NCBI GenBank assembly: GCA_016214265.1
Contig: JACROU010000037.1
Span: 3,859-67,858, forward strand
DNA: 64,000 bases
Origin: Candidatus Omnitrophota bacterium
Lineage (GTDB): Bacteria > Omnitrophota > Omnitrophia > Omnitrophales > JACROU01
Reading direction: 5' to 3'
Both the position numbers and the translations under genes were made by a program. The notes beneath the pieces are model-generated. The model saw nothing but the letters and a program-made list of their open reading frames with translations, searched no databases and was not told where the DNA came from. This document shows positions 18,961 to 29,618 of the stretch, piece after piece (within the stretch, counting starts at the first letter, position 1; each line of letters opens with the position of its first letter).

Positions 18961-19635
18961 ATGACTATGTCGACACAAAAACATAATGGAATAATCAGTC
19001 CCGAGGTCTTGTTGCAACAGCTCCGCTGGCGATATGCAGTAAAAAAGTTTGATGTTACCCGGAAAATTCCAGCGGATATCTGGCACGCCCTCGAAAAAAC
19101 GCTTGTACTCAGCCCCTCTTCATTCGGTCTTCAGCCTTGGAAATTTATCGTGGTTCAAGATCCGGCATTGCGCGAACGGCTCCTGCCGGTGTCCTGGAAA
19201 CAATCTCAAATTGTGGACGCGTCCCATTTGGTGGCATTTGCGCACAAAAAAGATATGAACGCGCATGATGTAGAGCGTTATGTGAAGCATACAGCAAAGG
19301 TACGTGAAATTCCCGCGGAGTCATTGGAAGGATACAAGCAATTGATGCTGGGGTTCGTTGGCCGGGCCGGCAAGGGATTTGATATTAATGATTGGGCCGC
19401 GCGTCAGCTGTATATCGCATTGGGAAATTTCTTAACGGCCTCCGCGGTGTTGGGCATCGATACCTGCCCGATTGAAGGCATTGACCCGAAGCAATATGAT
19501 GAAATTCTGGGGCTGGATAAGCAGGGATATCACGTGGTGTTTGTTGCCGCAGCCGGGTATCGCTCGAAGGAAGATGCTTCTGCGGCTCATCCCAAGGTGC
19601 GTTATGCCCACGAAGATGTTGTGGAATATCGTTAA
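18961..19635 (+). CDS. Nitroreductase-family NAD(P)H-dependent oxidoreductase
   Basis: RYAVKKFD...PSSFGLQPWKFIVV pattern of the nitroreductase fold. Confidence 0.75.
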   Translation: MTMSTQKHNGIISPEVLLQQLRWRYAVKKFDVTRKIPADIWHALEKTLVLSPSSFGLQPWKFIVVQDPALRERLLPVSWKQSQIVDASHLVAFAHKKDMNAHDVERYVKHTAKVREIPAESLEGYKQLMLGFVGRAGKGFDINDWAARQLYIALGNFLTASAVLGIDTCPIEGIDPKQYDEILGLDKQGYHVVFVAAAGYRSKEDASAAHPKVRYAHEDVVEYR

Positions 19636-19737
19636 AATTGTGAAAAATTGACAATTTTGTCATTCTGAGATCAGGACCCGTTCTGGAAAAAGTAGAGCTG
19701 TCCCTGGTTCGCCTACGTGCTTCCTTAACGTCCCCTC

Positions 19738-19752
19738 TGGCACTATTTTTGC
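19738..19752 (+). promoter_or_regulatory. Sigma-54 (-24/-12) promoter TGGCAC-N5-TTGC upstream of glnN
   Basis: Exact TGGCACTATTTTTGC match to the RpoN consensus, about 120 nt upstream of the GSIII start. Confidence 0.45.
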
Positions 19753-19873
19753 TATTCTCTACAAAGGCTTATTTTTTGTTGCCTGAGCCTTCCCAAGGGG
19801 CTAACATACGTGCTCCTTTTCTCGGGACAGTTTTTTCGAAAAACCACAAACCAATCAAGAAGGGAAAATTAAC

Positions 19874-22051
19874 ATGAGTGCCATCGATAGTCTTAGCAGT
19901 TTATTTAGCGAAAGCGCAGTGTTTGAAAGAAAATTTCCAAAAAACAATTCCAAAATTGACGTCACCGAAATTTTTGGTGCGAACGTATTCAGTGATAAAG
20001 TCATGAAAGAACGGCTCCCCAAGGATACGTACAAAGCTCTCAAAAAAGTAACCGAGCAGGGAGCTCCTTTGACCCTCGAAGTGGCTAATGTCGTTGCCAA
20101 TGCGATGAAAGATTGGGCGATTGAAAAAGGAGCCACACATTACACCCATTGGTTTCAACCTCTGACCGGAAGAACCGCCGAAAAACACGATTCATTTATT
20201 TCCCCGACTTCTGACGGCGGCGTTGTGATGGAATTTTCCGGCAAACAATTGATTCAGGGTGAGCCTGACGCGTCCTCATTTCCGAGTGGCGGACTCCGAG
20301 CCACCTTTGAAGCTCGCGGCTACACAGCTTGGGATTGCACCTCACCAGCTTTCTTGAAAGAAGACGGTGGCGGCAATGTGACGCTGTGCATTCCGACCGC
20401 GTTTTGTTCTTACACGGGCGGCGCGCTCGACAAGAAAACCCCGTTGCTTCGCTCGATGGAAGCAGTGAATAAACAGTCGATCCGCGTCCTGCGCGCTCTT
20501 GGAAACAGAACTTCCTCGCGCGTGACGGCGACCGTCGGTCCCGAACAGGAATATTTTTTGATCGACAAAAAAGCTTTTGATCAGCGCATCGATTTGATTA
20601 CTTCCGGCCGCACGCTTTTCGGCGCTCCAGCTCCGAAAGGACAGGAATTGGAAGATCAATATTTTGGCGCGATCAAGGACCGCATTTCCGCATTTATGAA
20701 AGATCTCGATACCGAGCTTTGGAAAATGGGTGTCTCGGCAAAAACCAAACACAATGAAGTGGCTCCAGCTCAGTTCGAACTGGCTCCAATTTTTTCAACG
20801 ACCAATATTGCCGCTGACCACAATCAGCTCGTGATGGAAACCATGCAGAAAGTGGCGTTGCGCCATGATCTGGTATGCCTCTTGCACGAAAAACCGTTTG
20901 CGGGCGTGAACGGTTCCGGCAAACACAATAACTGGTCGCTCGCGACGGATGACGGCATCAATTTACTTGAGCCGGGAAAAACGCCGCATGACAACGAACA
21001 GTTTTTGGTGTTCCTCGCTGCGTTGATTACTGCGGTTGATAAGCATGCCGACAAATTGAGAGCGGGTGCCGCCAATCCCGGCAACGATCTGCGTTTGGGT
21101 GCCAACGAAGCCCCTCCGGCCATCATCTCCATTTTCTTGGGGGAAGAATTGACCGATATCGTCGAAAATCTTGGCAAGGGAAAGAAAGCGTCCTCCAAAG
21201 GTCAGCATTTCCTGAACATTGGCGTTGACACACTGCCGTCTCTGCCGAAGGACAACACCGACCGCAACAGAACTTCGCCATTCGCGTTCACAGGAAACAA
21301 GTTCGAATTCCGCATGGTGCCTTCATCGGCTTCTATTTCGGGACCGAACACAATTCTGAACACGATCGTGGCGGAATCTTTGGATGAAATTGCGACACGT
21401 CTTGAAAAAGCAAAAGATATCAATAAAGAAGCCGCGGCGATTATCAAAGACGCGATCATCAAGCACGGCAAAATTATTTTTAACGGGAACAATTATTCCG
21501 AAGATTGGGTCAAGGAAGCCAAAAAACGCGGTATTCCAAATATCAAATCGACGGTGGATGCTTTGGGCGCGATGAACACGCCGGAAACCGTGAAGCTTTT
21601 TGAGAAATACAAAGTTCTCACGAAGGAAGAGCTTCATTCCCGTTACGAAGTTTATTTGGAAATTTATGCCAAGCATATCAACATTGAGGCCCAGGCTTCG
21701 ATTTCGATGGCGAAAAGACAGTACATTCCAGCGGTTTCGAAGTTTGCCGGATGTCTGGCCGACACCATTGCCAAATTGAAAGCGGCGGGAGCTTCGTCAA
21801 CGGTGCAGAAAGAGCATCTGACCAAAGTAACCGGATTGCTTGCTTCGGCTGTTGAAAAGTTGGGAGAGCTTGAAGCGGCATTGAAGAAAGCTCAAGGGAT
21901 TAGTGAAGCGCATGCCAAAGCCGTGGCTTATCGCGACAAGGTGTTCGTCGCTCAGGCTGCTTTTCGTGCGGATATTGATGCCCTCGAAGCAATTACCCCG
22001 GCGGAATTCTGGCCAGTGCCGACTTACGCGGAAATGCTCTTTGGGCTGTAA
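19874..22051 (+). CDS. glnN: Glutamine synthetase type III
   Basis: 725 aa. Similarity throughout to GSIII (N-terminal domain plus catalytic domain motifs, e.g. [11 protein letters not shown]). Confidence 0.9.
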   Translation: MSAIDSLSSLFSESAVFERKFPKNNSKIDVTEIFGANVFSDKVMKERLPKDTYKALKKVTEQGAPLTLEVANVVANAMKDWAIEKGATHYTHWFQPLTGRTAEKHDSFISPTSDGGVVMEFSGKQLIQGEPDASSFPSGGLRATFEARGYTAWDCTSPAFLKEDGGGNVTLCIPTAFCSYTGGALDKKTPLLRSMEAVNKQSIRVLRALGNRTSSRVTATVGPEQEYFLIDKKAFDQRIDLITSGRTLFGAPAPKGQELEDQYFGAIKDRISAFMKDLDTELWKMGVSAKTKHNEVAPAQFELAPIFSTTNIAADHNQLVMETMQKVALRHDLVCLLHEKPFAGVNGSGKHNNWSLATDDGINLLEPGKTPHDNEQFLVFLAALITAVDKHADKLRAGAANPGNDLRLGANEAPPAIISIFLGEELTDIVENLGKGKKASSKGQHFLNIGVDTLPSLPKDNTDRNRTSPFAFTGNKFEFRMVPSSASISGPNTILNTIVAESLDEIATRLEKAKDINKEAAAIIKDAIIKHGKIIFNGNNYSEDWVKEAKKRGIPNIKSTVDALGAMNTPETVKLFEKYKVLTKEELHSRYEVYLEIYAKHINIEAQASISMAKRQYIPAVSKFAGCLADTIAKLKAAGASSTVQKEHLTKVTGLLASAVEKLGELEAALKKAQGISEAHAKAVAYRDKVFVAQAAFRADIDALEAITPAEFWPVPTYAEMLFGL

Positions 22052-22062
22052 TTGACACTTTG

Positions 22063-22135
22063 TGTCATCCCGGGCTTGACCCGGGATCCAGCGTCTTTGA
22101 ACGACACTGGATTCCCGCTTTCGCGGGAATGACAA
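22063..22135. repeat. MITE-like intergenic repeat with termini TGTCATCC...GGAATGACA and internal GGATCCAG/CTGGATTCC; copy 1
   Basis: Shares termini and internal inverted-repeat architecture with 35116-35265. Two nested stem-loops. Sits immediately after the glnN stop. Confidence 0.5.
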
Positions 22136-22206
22136 ACGATGTACAATTTGGCGTGGCTGCTTGATTGCGGCCACGCCATTTTTTTTGCCCACTCGCAGGA
22201 GGTTTT

Positions 22207-22552
22207 AATGGTTTTCGTTTTCAAAGTTCTTATTTCCGGAATCATCATTGCATTTAGCTCCTGGCTCGCCGGGCGCAAACCTGTTTTGGCCGGTTTTATC
22301 GTGGCACTTCCGCTTATTTCAATATTGAGTATTCTTTTCTCCTATCTGGAATACCGTGATATGGAGAAAGTGAATCAATTCGCCGCGTCGATATTTCTGG
22401 CGGTGCCACTATCGCTTTCATTTTTTATTCCATTTTTCCTGAATCGCTGGCTAAAAATGAATTTTGCGCTAACGTTTACGTCTGCTTTGCTGTGCATCGC
22501 AGTTTTTTATTTGGCTTATAATTTCATTTCAAAATCAGGATTGATGCGTTAA
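22207..22552 (+). CDS. Small 4-TM membrane protein, unknown function
   Basis: GGAGG RBS before the ATG at 22207. Hydrophobic profile. The upstream ATG at 22139 abuts the repeat. Confidence 0.4.
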
Positions 22553-22564
22553 TAGGAGTTGACT

Positions 22565-22999
22565 ATGAAAAACAAAATTTTTTCTCTCGTGGCAGTGGTT
22601 GTTTTTTTGATGGGTTGCGCTACCACTCAGCCCAGCGGTTACAAAATTGTGGTTTGGGAAACCTCTGATGTTCATCGGCCGTATGAAGTTCTCGGCCCTG
22701 TTTCCGTGACCGTCGACGTGACCGAAAAAACCGAAGATACTGTTCAGGGGCTTGCGGGATTTATTTCCAAGGATGGCCGTGTTTCGGATCAAATGCCTCC
22801 GGATATGAGAAAAGCGCTTGAACTTAAATCGCAGAAATATAAAGAGATGATTTTTGAGAAGCTGGGCGCGAAGGCCAAAGAGTATGGTGCCAGTGCTGTG
22901 ATCGGCGCCGACTATTTATATGTTCCCGCTTACGCGTCATTCTCGACCAAAGCCACAGTCTCCGCTAAAGGGACAATGATCATTTATAAACAAAAATAA
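22565..22999 (+). CDS. Lipoprotein with YbjQ/DUF74-like domain
   Basis: AGGAG RBS. Lipobox LMGC. C-terminal GASAVIGADYLYV resembles the YbjQ heavy-metal-binding-like family. Confidence 0.45.
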   Translation: MKNKIFSLVAVVVFLMGCATTQPSGYKIVVWETSDVHRPYEVLGPVSVTVDVTEKTEDTVQGLAGFISKDGRVSDQMPPDMRKALELKSQKYKEMIFEKLGAKAKEYGASAVIGADYLYVPAYASFSTKATVSAKGTMIIYKQK

Positions 23000-23012
23000 C
23001 AGGGGTGCGGCT

Positions 23013-24239
23013 GTGCCGAATTCAACTCGCGAAGTTGACGTCTGCATCGTGGGCGGCGGCCCAGCGGGGATGGTGCTGGGCCTCCTGCTCGCTCAACAGG
23101 GAATGAAGACACTTGTCCTGGAGCGTCACCGGAATTTTGATCGTGAATTTCGCGGTGAAGTGCTGATGCCCCGCTTTGTCCAGATGTTCCGCCAAATAGG
23201 CCTTTTTGATTTTCTGGAAAAATATCCTCACCTAAAACTCAACAATCTCGAGATTATTTTTAAGAATTGGCATTTGGCCAAATTTCAAATAGCCAAAATT
23301 GCGCCCGAAGCTCCGTTCGCGCTGTGGATGCCGCAGCCCATTCTCTTGGGCGCGCTTTATGACAAGGGAAAAACGCTTCCGAATTTCGATTTGTGGTTTA
23401 ACGCCTCTGCGCAGGATTTGATTGAAGAAAATGGAACCGTTACGGGTGTGCAAGTGGAGCTTAACGGCAAAATGGTGGAGGTGCGTTCCCGGATTACCGT
23501 GGGAACGGACGGGCGTGCCTCGATGGTGCGCCGTGCGGGCGGTTTTGAGACGGAGTCTGAAAGCCATAATTTCGATGTGATGTGGTTTGCGATTCCGCGT
23601 CCGGAAGGATATGAACAAACCGTTCGCGCATTTCTTTCAACCGGAATTAACTATTTGATTCTTCCGAAATATCCGGACTTGCTTCAATGCGGATTGATTG
23701 TTCCCAAAGGAGAGATGATCCGCTTCAAAGAAAAAGGCATTGAATCGCTTCGCAAAGCACTGTTTAAAGCTTATGCCATTCTTCACCCGTTTGCGGCTGA
23801 GCTTAAAGATTTTAGCCATTTCAATGTGCTGCAAGCCCGCATGAGTTTCGTGAAACGCTGGGCTAAGAATGGTTGTCTTCTGGTCGGTGATTCCGCGCAC
23901 ACGTGCTCGCCGGCCGGGGCCATCGGTGTATCCGTTGCGGTGGGTTCGGCGATTGTTGCGGCGGATGTGATTCGTAAAGCATTGAAAGCAAATGATGTTT
24001 CCGCTGAATTTCTGGATCAGGTTCAACGCATCCGCGGAATGGAAGTTCGGGAAATCCAGAAAATGCAGAAAGAGGTTACCGACGGCCTGATTTTTGCCCC
24101 GCGGGCTTATAAATGGCTGGTACCGTTCTTATTTTACCTCTTCGCTAAGACTCCGCTCCTGCGTCAGTTTCAGCGAAAACTCCTCGTGATGAAAGAACCC
24201 CTGCCGATAGATCAAAGTCTTCAAAGTCTTCATTTTTGA
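23013..24239 (+). CDS. FAD-dependent monooxygenase/oxidoreductase (UbiH / geranylgeranyl reductase-like)
   Basis: N-terminal dinucleotide fold DVCIVGGGPAGMVLGLLLAQQG. GDSAH motif. Confidence 0.75.
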   Translation: MPNSTREVDVCIVGGGPAGMVLGLLLAQQGMKTLVLERHRNFDREFRGEVLMPRFVQMFRQIGLFDFLEKYPHLKLNNLEIIFKNWHLAKFQIAKIAPEAPFALWMPQPILLGALYDKGKTLPNFDLWFNASAQDLIEENGTVTGVQVELNGKMVEVRSRITVGTDGRASMVRRAGGFETESESHNFDVMWFAIPRPEGYEQTVRAFLSTGINYLILPKYPDLLQCGLIVPKGEMIRFKEKGIESLRKALFKAYAILHPFAAELKDFSHFNVLQARMSFVKRWAKNGCLLVGDSAHTCSPAGAIGVSVAVGSAIVAADVIRKALKANDVSAEFLDQVQRIRGMEVREIQKMQKEVTDGLIFAPRAYKWLVPFLFYLFAKTPLLRQFQRKLLVMKEPLPIDQSLQSLHF

Positions 24240-24272
24240 CAAATCCGCCAAGGAATGTTATGTTTGTCGGCT

Positions 24273-26096
24273 ATGACACAGCCAATTAAGATCCGTAATA
24301 TCGCTATCATCGCCCACGTTGACCACGGAAAGACCACGCTGGTCGACGCCATTCTGCGCCAGACGCACGTCCACAGGAACGTTGCGGAGATGGGTGAGCG
24401 TATTATGGACTCGATGGATTTGGAACGTGAACGCGGCATTACGATTCGTGCGAAGAACGCTAGCGTCACCTACAAAGGGACGAAGATTAATATTGTCGAC
24501 ACGCCCGGCCACGCGGATTTTGGCGGCGAGGTCGAACGCACGCTCCGGATGGTGGACGGGGTGCTCCTCGTGGTGGATGCCAAAGATGGGCCAATGCCGC
24601 AAACCCGATTCGTGCTTCGGAAAGCGCTGGAGTTGGGTCACAAAGCCATCGTCGTCATCAACAAAATTGATCGCCCCGACGCGCAGACCGAAGACGTCGT
24701 CAACCGCACATTCGATCTTTTTGTGGAGCTGGGCGCCCACGATGATCAGCTCGACTTCCCAATTATTTACGCTTCAGCAATCAATGGAACAGCCACGCTT
24801 GATTTGCACAAGCCTTCTGACATTATCGATCCCCTTCTGGACACGATTCTTGAAAAAATTCCGTCTCCCAAAGTTGATCCTGATGCGCCTCTTCAAATTT
24901 TAGTGCTCGCGCTTTTAGCGGATTTTTACAAAGGCCGCATGGGCATCGGAAAAATCACGGCTGGTTTGCTTAAAAAGGGCGACAACTGCGCGCTCGTGAA
25001 ACGGGATGGCAAGCAAGTCGTCGCCAAAATCATGAGCATTCTGGTTTATGAAGGTCTGGAGCGCACCGAAGTAGATGAGGCCGTTGCCGGGGATATCGTC
25101 GCGATTGCTGGATTTGCCGATATCGGTATCGGAGACACCATCACTGATGCTGGAAATCCGCGTCCGCTTCCGCCGCCTCAAATTGATGAGCCGACAGTGC
25201 AGATGACCTTCGGCACCAACACCAGCCCTTTCGTCGGCAAGGAAGGAAAATTTATTACTAGCCGCGTTTTGCGTGACCGGTTGTTCAAAGAATTGGAAAC
25301 CAATGTTTCGCTCCGCGTCAAGGAAACAGACAGTCCCGACACGTTTCTTGTGGCCGGCCGCGGTGAGCTTCACCTGGCCATTTTGATTGAGCAAATGCGC
25401 CGCGAGGGTTTTGAACTGCAAGTGTCGAAACCCGAAGTGATTTTTCACGATCGGGACGGAGTAAAATCCGAACCATTTGAATTTCTGGTGGTCGATGTGC
25501 CCGCGGAATATCAGGGTGCCGTGATTGAAGAAATTGGACGTCGAAAAGGTTTGCTCAAACACATGGTGCAAACCCCCACCTGTGAGCTGCATCTGGAATA
25601 TCAGATTTCAACACGGGGTGTGATCGGCTTGAAGGGCGCGCTGATGACCAAAACGCGCGGCACAGCGATTATCCACCACGTTTTCGATGAATACAAACCT
25701 GTTGAAGATCTGGCGTTTATCAACGAATCGCACGGTTCGCTGATTTCCGCGGAGATGGGAACCTCGAATCCCTACGGCCTGAACAACGCGCAGGAACGCG
25801 GCGAATTGTTTATTGGATCGGGCGTTGAAGTATATCAAGGCATGATTATCGGAGAAAATTCCCGTCCCGAAGATCTAGAATTAAGTCCCTGCAAAACCAA
25901 GAAGTTGTCCAACATGCGTTCCACCGGATCTGACGATGCGATTATGCTGGCCCCTCCGCGTGAGCTGACGCTGGAGCTGGCGATTGAATATATCGGCACC
26001 GACGAGCTGGTGGAAGTCACTCCCAAAAATATCCGCATGCGCAAAAAACTTCTTGATCCTACTTTGCGTAAGCGCGCCAAAAAACAGACTGCTTAA
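24273..26096 (+). CDS. typA: Translational GTPase TypA/BipA
   Basis: [30 protein letters not shown]-motifs. EF-G-like domain organisation, about 600 aa. Confidence 0.9.
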   Translation: MTQPIKIRNIAIIAHVDHGKTTLVDAILRQTHVHRNVAEMGERIMDSMDLERERGITIRAKNASVTYKGTKINIVDTPGHADFGGEVERTLRMVDGVLLVVDAKDGPMPQTRFVLRKALELGHKAIVVINKIDRPDAQTEDVVNRTFDLFVELGAHDDQLDFPIIYASAINGTATLDLHKPSDIIDPLLDTILEKIPSPKVDPDAPLQILVLALLADFYKGRMGIGKITAGLLKKGDNCALVKRDGKQVVAKIMSILVYEGLERTEVDEAVAGDIVAIAGFADIGIGDTITDAGNPRPLPPPQIDEPTVQMTFGTNTSPFVGKEGKFITSRVLRDRLFKELETNVSLRVKETDSPDTFLVAGRGELHLAILIEQMRREGFELQVSKPEVIFHDRDGVKSEPFEFLVVDVPAEYQGAVIEEIGRRKGLLKHMVQTPTCELHLEYQISTRGVIGLKGALMTKTRGTAIIHHVFDEYKPVEDLAFINESHGSLISAEMGTSNPYGLNNAQERGELFIGSGVEVYQGMIIGENSRPEDLELSPCKTKKLSNMRSTGSDDAIMLAPPRELTLELAIEYIGTDELVEVTPKNIRMRKKLLDPTLRKRAKKQTA

Positions 26097-26219
26097 CTGC
26101 CCAGATTCTTTCCTTCAATATAAAAATTTTTTGCACCTGCAAAATTTTTTTAATTTTTCTTCCCGCTAAGCCCCCGTTTTTGTCATTCTGGTGATAGCCT
26201 TAAATTGGGGGTGTAGACC

Positions 26220-27002
26220 ATGAATTGGAAGCGTCACAAACCCAATTCTTTTCCGGAGCCGCCGCCGTGGGAAACGGGAGTCGAGAAAAAGCAGCTGGAA
26301 CTGTTCGCAGATGTTGCTTCTCATGATTTGCGGGAGCCATTAGAAAAAATTATTTTTTTTGGAGATTTTATCAAGCAGCGTTATGGCGCGGGAATGGATG
26401 AAAAGGGGAGGGACTATCTGGAACGAATGATAGGTTCTGCGATGCGCATGAGCCGGTTAATCGAGGATATTCTTGAGTTCTCGCGCCTGACGTCTCGAAC
26501 CTTCGAGATGAAACCGGTTGATTTGATGGGTATCGTGCGTGAAGTTATTTCTGATTTGGAGGTCCGTATTCAGGAGTCGAATGCGTTGATAGAGGTGGGG
26601 AAGCTCCCGGCTATAACTGCCGACAGCAAGCAAATTTATCATCTTTTTCTTAACTTAATTTCAAACGCAATAAAATTCCGAAAAAAAGAGGAATCACCCC
26701 GCATTATTGTGCGCTCACTCGAGGAGGAAGAAGCAGGGCATGTTACTATTGTGGTAGAGGATAACGGGATTGGCTTTGAACAGCAATTTGCAGATCAGAT
26801 TTTTAAACCCTTCGAACGACTGCATTCCCAATCGGACTATGAAGGAAGCGGCCTTGGATTATCCATTTGTCAGCGTATTGTCATGGCGCATGGCGGTTGT
26901 ATCAATGCAAGGGGTGTTGCGGGGAAAGGTTCTATGTTTATTATAACGCTTCCCAAAGTAGAAAAGGAGGCCGGCCGTGGAGAAAAAAGTTTTGATTGTT
27001 GA
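26220..27002 (+). CDS. Sensor histidine kinase (HisKA + HATPase_c, no obvious sensor domain)
   Basis: H-box SHDLREPL. N, G1, G2 boxes (LISNAIKF, DNGIGF, GSGLGL). Confidence 0.8.
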   Translation: MNWKRHKPNSFPEPPPWETGVEKKQLELFADVASHDLREPLEKIIFFGDFIKQRYGAGMDEKGRDYLERMIGSAMRMSRLIEDILEFSRLTSRTFEMKPVDLMGIVREVISDLEVRIQESNALIEVGKLPAITADSKQIYHLFLNLISNAIKFRKKEESPRIIVRSLEEEEAGHVTIVVEDNGIGFEQQFADQIFKPFERLHSQSDYEGSGLGLSICQRIVMAHGGCINARGVAGKGSMFIITLPKVEKEAGRGEKSFDC

Positions 27003-27357
27003 TGATGATCGGGAAATGTGCACAGTTCTGGGAGATATTTTAGAGTGCCATCATTATCAGGTTAATGTGGCGTATGACGGACTTCAGGCGATTAAAAAAA
27101 CTCACGAACAGAAGTTCGATCTGATTTTGCTGGATGTCTGCATGCCCATTTTTTCCGGATTCTGGTTTTGTTCCGCGTTCAAAAATAAACCAGATACGAA
27201 AAACGTTCCCATTGTTATTATGTCCGGACTTCCCACCGAGAAAAATGAAGAGCAAGCCGCGAATTTAGGTGCCATTGCTTACCTGAAAAAACCGTTTAAA
27301 ATCGAGCTGCTTCTAAAAGTTTTGGCAAAAGCACTGAACGAAAATGCCGAAAATTAG
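26977..27357 (+). CDS. Stand-alone response-regulator receiver (CheY-like)
   Basis: KVLIVDDD ... LILLDVCMP ... K motifs. Overlaps the kinase gene. Confidence 0.8.
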   Translation: MEKKVLIVDDDREMCTVLGDILECHHYQVNVAYDGLQAIKKTHEQKFDLILLDVCMPIFSGFWFCSAFKNKPDTKNVPIVIMSGLPTEKNEEQAANLGAIAYLKKPFKIELLLKVLAKALNENAEN

Positions 27358-27697
27358 AAGTATGCATTCCACCTACAAACGCATGCTTAAAGTTATGGAG
27401 GCCAAAGAGAAGAAGTCCAAGCGTATCAAGCGCGAAGACTGGTATTTATACCTTCTTGAGTGCTGTGACGGTTCGTTTTACACAGGCATCACCAATAATC
27501 TGGAACGCCGTTTTAAAATGCACAATGACGGCAAGGCCTCGCGATTTACGCGATCCCGCCGGCCCGTTAAAATGTTATATCAAGAAAAATTAAAAAGCCG
27601 CACGCAGGCGTTGGTCCGCGAGTGTGCTGTCAAGGCACTGCCACGGAAGAAAAAAGAGGAATTGATCGGCTTATGCCAAAAAAATTCCGGCCTGTGA
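27344..27697 (+). CDS. GIY-YIG nuclease-family protein (YhbQ/UPF0213-like)
   Basis: WYLYLLECCDGSFYTGITNNLERRFKMHN matches the GIY-YIG motif. Real start may be internal (MLKVM...). Confidence 0.6.
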   Translation: MPKIRSMHSTYKRMLKVMEAKEKKSKRIKREDWYLYLLECCDGSFYTGITNNLERRFKMHNDGKASRFTRSRRPVKMLYQEKLKSRTQALVRECAVKALPRKKKEELIGLCQKNSGL

Positions 27698-27753
27698 TTT
27701 ATCTAGCTTAGAAGGCTTGCCAGGCTAAAGTTCCGCGGTTCGCCCGTTTCGTT

Positions 27754-28119
27754 TTGGGTGCGGATACGGTTGTGGTTTTCAAAGAGCATATTTTGGGAAA
27801 ACCAAAAAATAAAAAAGATGCCGTTCGTATGCTCACAATATTGTCTGGAAGAACGCATTCGGTGTTTACCGGAGTTTCGATTCTGGACCGCAAACATCAC
27901 AGCCTTATCACCGGATATGCGCGTACGGACGTGTTTTTTAAAAAGCTGAGCGCCAAAGCAATTCTTGATTACATTGAAAAGGTGCATGTGCTAGACAAGG
28001 CCGGCGCGTACGCGATTCAAGAGGGCCCAAAAATTGCAGCCAATATCAAAGGCTCCTACTCGAATGTGGTTGGACTGCCAACAGAGCTTCTTCGGAGTAT
28101 GTTGAAGGAAATCTCATGA
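27754..28119 (+). CDS. maf: Maf-like nucleotide pyrophosphatase, C-terminal ~135 aa only (N-terminal SPRR region apparently missing)
   Basis: VLGADTVVVF...ILGKP...GRTHSVFTGV...AYAIQ Maf motifs. The frame is closed by TAG 14 codons upstream, with no ATG. Confidence 0.55.
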   Translation: MGADTVVVFKEHILGKPKNKKDAVRMLTILSGRTHSVFTGVSILDRKHHSLITGYARTDVFFKKLSAKAILDYIEKVHVLDKAGAYAIQEGPKIAANIKGSYSNVVGLPTELLRSMLKEIS

Positions 28120-29618
28120 AACGAAATTTTAATTTTCTCAAAAATAAAAAATTTGATGTGCTCGTGATTGGCGGCGGAATCAACGGTGCCGCGATTGCGA
28201 ATATTGCGGCCGCGCATGGTCAGTCCGTCTGCCTCGTCGAAAAGCGCGATTTTGCGAGCGGGACCTCCAGCAAGTCATCGAAACTGATTCACGGAGGTAT
28301 CCGATACCTGGAAAATTTTGAATTCAAGCTCGTGCACGAGGCGCTTGTTGAGCGCGCAATTCATCTGACAGAAGTTCCATATCTGGTAAAGCCGATTTCT
28401 TTTTTGATTCCGGTTTACAAAGGCGACCGGCGACCACTCTGGATGATGCGGCTTGGCGTTTTTTTGTACGATATTCTGGCTGGCCGGCACAACATTGCCC
28501 GGCATCAGGCATTCAGCGCCAAACAATTATTGAAGCTGGAGCCGGCGCTAAAACCAGATGGACTTACCGGCGGGGTGATGTATTTCGACGCCCAAATGGA
28601 TGACGCGCGGCTCTGCCTCGAAAATGTTCTGGCCGCAAAATCCCGGGGTGCGGAAACACTGAATTATGTGGAAACGGTTTCATTCCTGAAAGAAAATGGC
28701 CGCGTGGTCGGCGTGACCGCGCGCGATGTGCTGAATCCGGATCAAAAAACTTTCGAGGTGAGAGCCCGAAAAACAATTGTGGCGGTGGGGCCGTGGACCA
28801 ATATTCTTCTGAAAATGGACAACCCCGAAGCACCAGAGCTGGTGAGGACAACGAAAGGCATCCACATCGTTTATCCCAAACGGATTTCAAGTCACGCCCT
28901 CTTGATTCCGTCTGCGCGTGATAATCGGATCTTTTTTGTGATCCCGTGGGAACATGACAATACGTTGATTGGAACAACGGATACTGATTTCCGCGGCAAT
29001 CCCGATGATGTTGAGGCGAATGCGGAGGATATCCAGTACTTGATTGAGGAAACGAAACGGGTGTTCCCGTCCGTGTTGATCGATCAAAATGAAATCGTGA
29101 CGTTTGCTGGTCTCCGGCCTTTGGTGCAGTCGCCTGCCGGTTCGCCTTCAAAAATTTCGCGCGAACATTCTATTTTCGCCACCGCCTCCGGAATTATTTT
29201 CGTCACCGGTGGAAAATATACGACGTACCGCATTATTGCGCGCGAAGCGTTGTCAAGGTTCATCCCGCTGAAGAAGGATGAGCGGTATCCGCTGTACGGA
29301 AGCGGCGAAATTCACGAGACTGTGGAACAAGTCGCTCGGGAATTTGGCGTGGAGCGTGTGGTGACTCAATTGCTTATGGAGAAATACGGCGCACGCTACC
29401 GGGATATTCTAAAACTCACAATAGAAAATCCGGAGCTTAAGGAACGCATTTGTCCGCATATGCCGGTCATCAAAGCGCAAATTGCCTACGCGATTCAAAC
29501 GGAAATGGCGCAATGTGCGGAAGACATTATCATGCGCCGTCTTTCGCTTGGCTACAATGCGTGTGTGATGAAAGAATGTCAAAAGGCAATTCAACAGGCG
29601 GTTTCCCAATTTTTATGA
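28116..29618 (+). CDS. glpD: FAD-dependent glycerol-3-phosphate dehydrogenase
   Basis: FDVLVIGGGINGAAIA dinucleotide motif. GlpD/GlpA-like length and conserved blocks. Confidence 0.8.
   Translation: MKRNFNFLKNKKFDVLVIGGGINGAAIANIAAAHGQSVCLVEKRDFASGTSSKSSKLIHGGIRYLENFEFKLVHEALVERAIHLTEVPYLVKPISFLIPVYKGDRRPLWMMRLGVFLYDILAGRHNIARHQAFSAKQLLKLEPALKPDGLTGGVMYFDAQMDDARLCLENVLAAKSRGAETLNYVETVSFLKENGRVVGVTARDVLNPDQKTFEVRARKTIVAVGPWTNILLKMDNPEAPELVRTTKGIHIVYPKRISSHALLIPSARDNRIFFVIPWEHDNTLIGTTDTDFRGNPDDVEANAEDIQYLIEETKRVFPSVLIDQNEIVTFAGLRPLVQSPAGSPSKISREHSIFATASGIIFVTGGKYTTYRIIAREALSRFIPLKKDERYPLYGSGEIHETVEQVAREFGVERVVTQLLMEKYGARYRDILKLTIENPELKERICPHMPVIKAQIAYAIQTEMAQCAEDIIMRRLSLGYNACVMKECQKAIQQAVSQFL

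Noticed and set aside
19668-19730. Possible glutamine riboswitch (glnA RNA motif) upstream of glnN (GUUC…GGAAAAAGUAGAG…GGUUCGC)
   Set aside because: Only loose resemblance to the glnA-RNA consensus. It lies upstream of the sigma-54 promoter rather than in the 5' UTR, and the motif is essentially restricted to cyanobacteria and marine lineages.
24258-24903. Large ORFs 24258..24740 (-) and 24319..24903 (+ alternate frame) overlapping typA
   Set aside because: They lie entirely inside the well-supported TypA coding region and have Arg/His-rich, low-complexity translations typical of off-frame reads of a GC-biased gene. No RBS or motifs.
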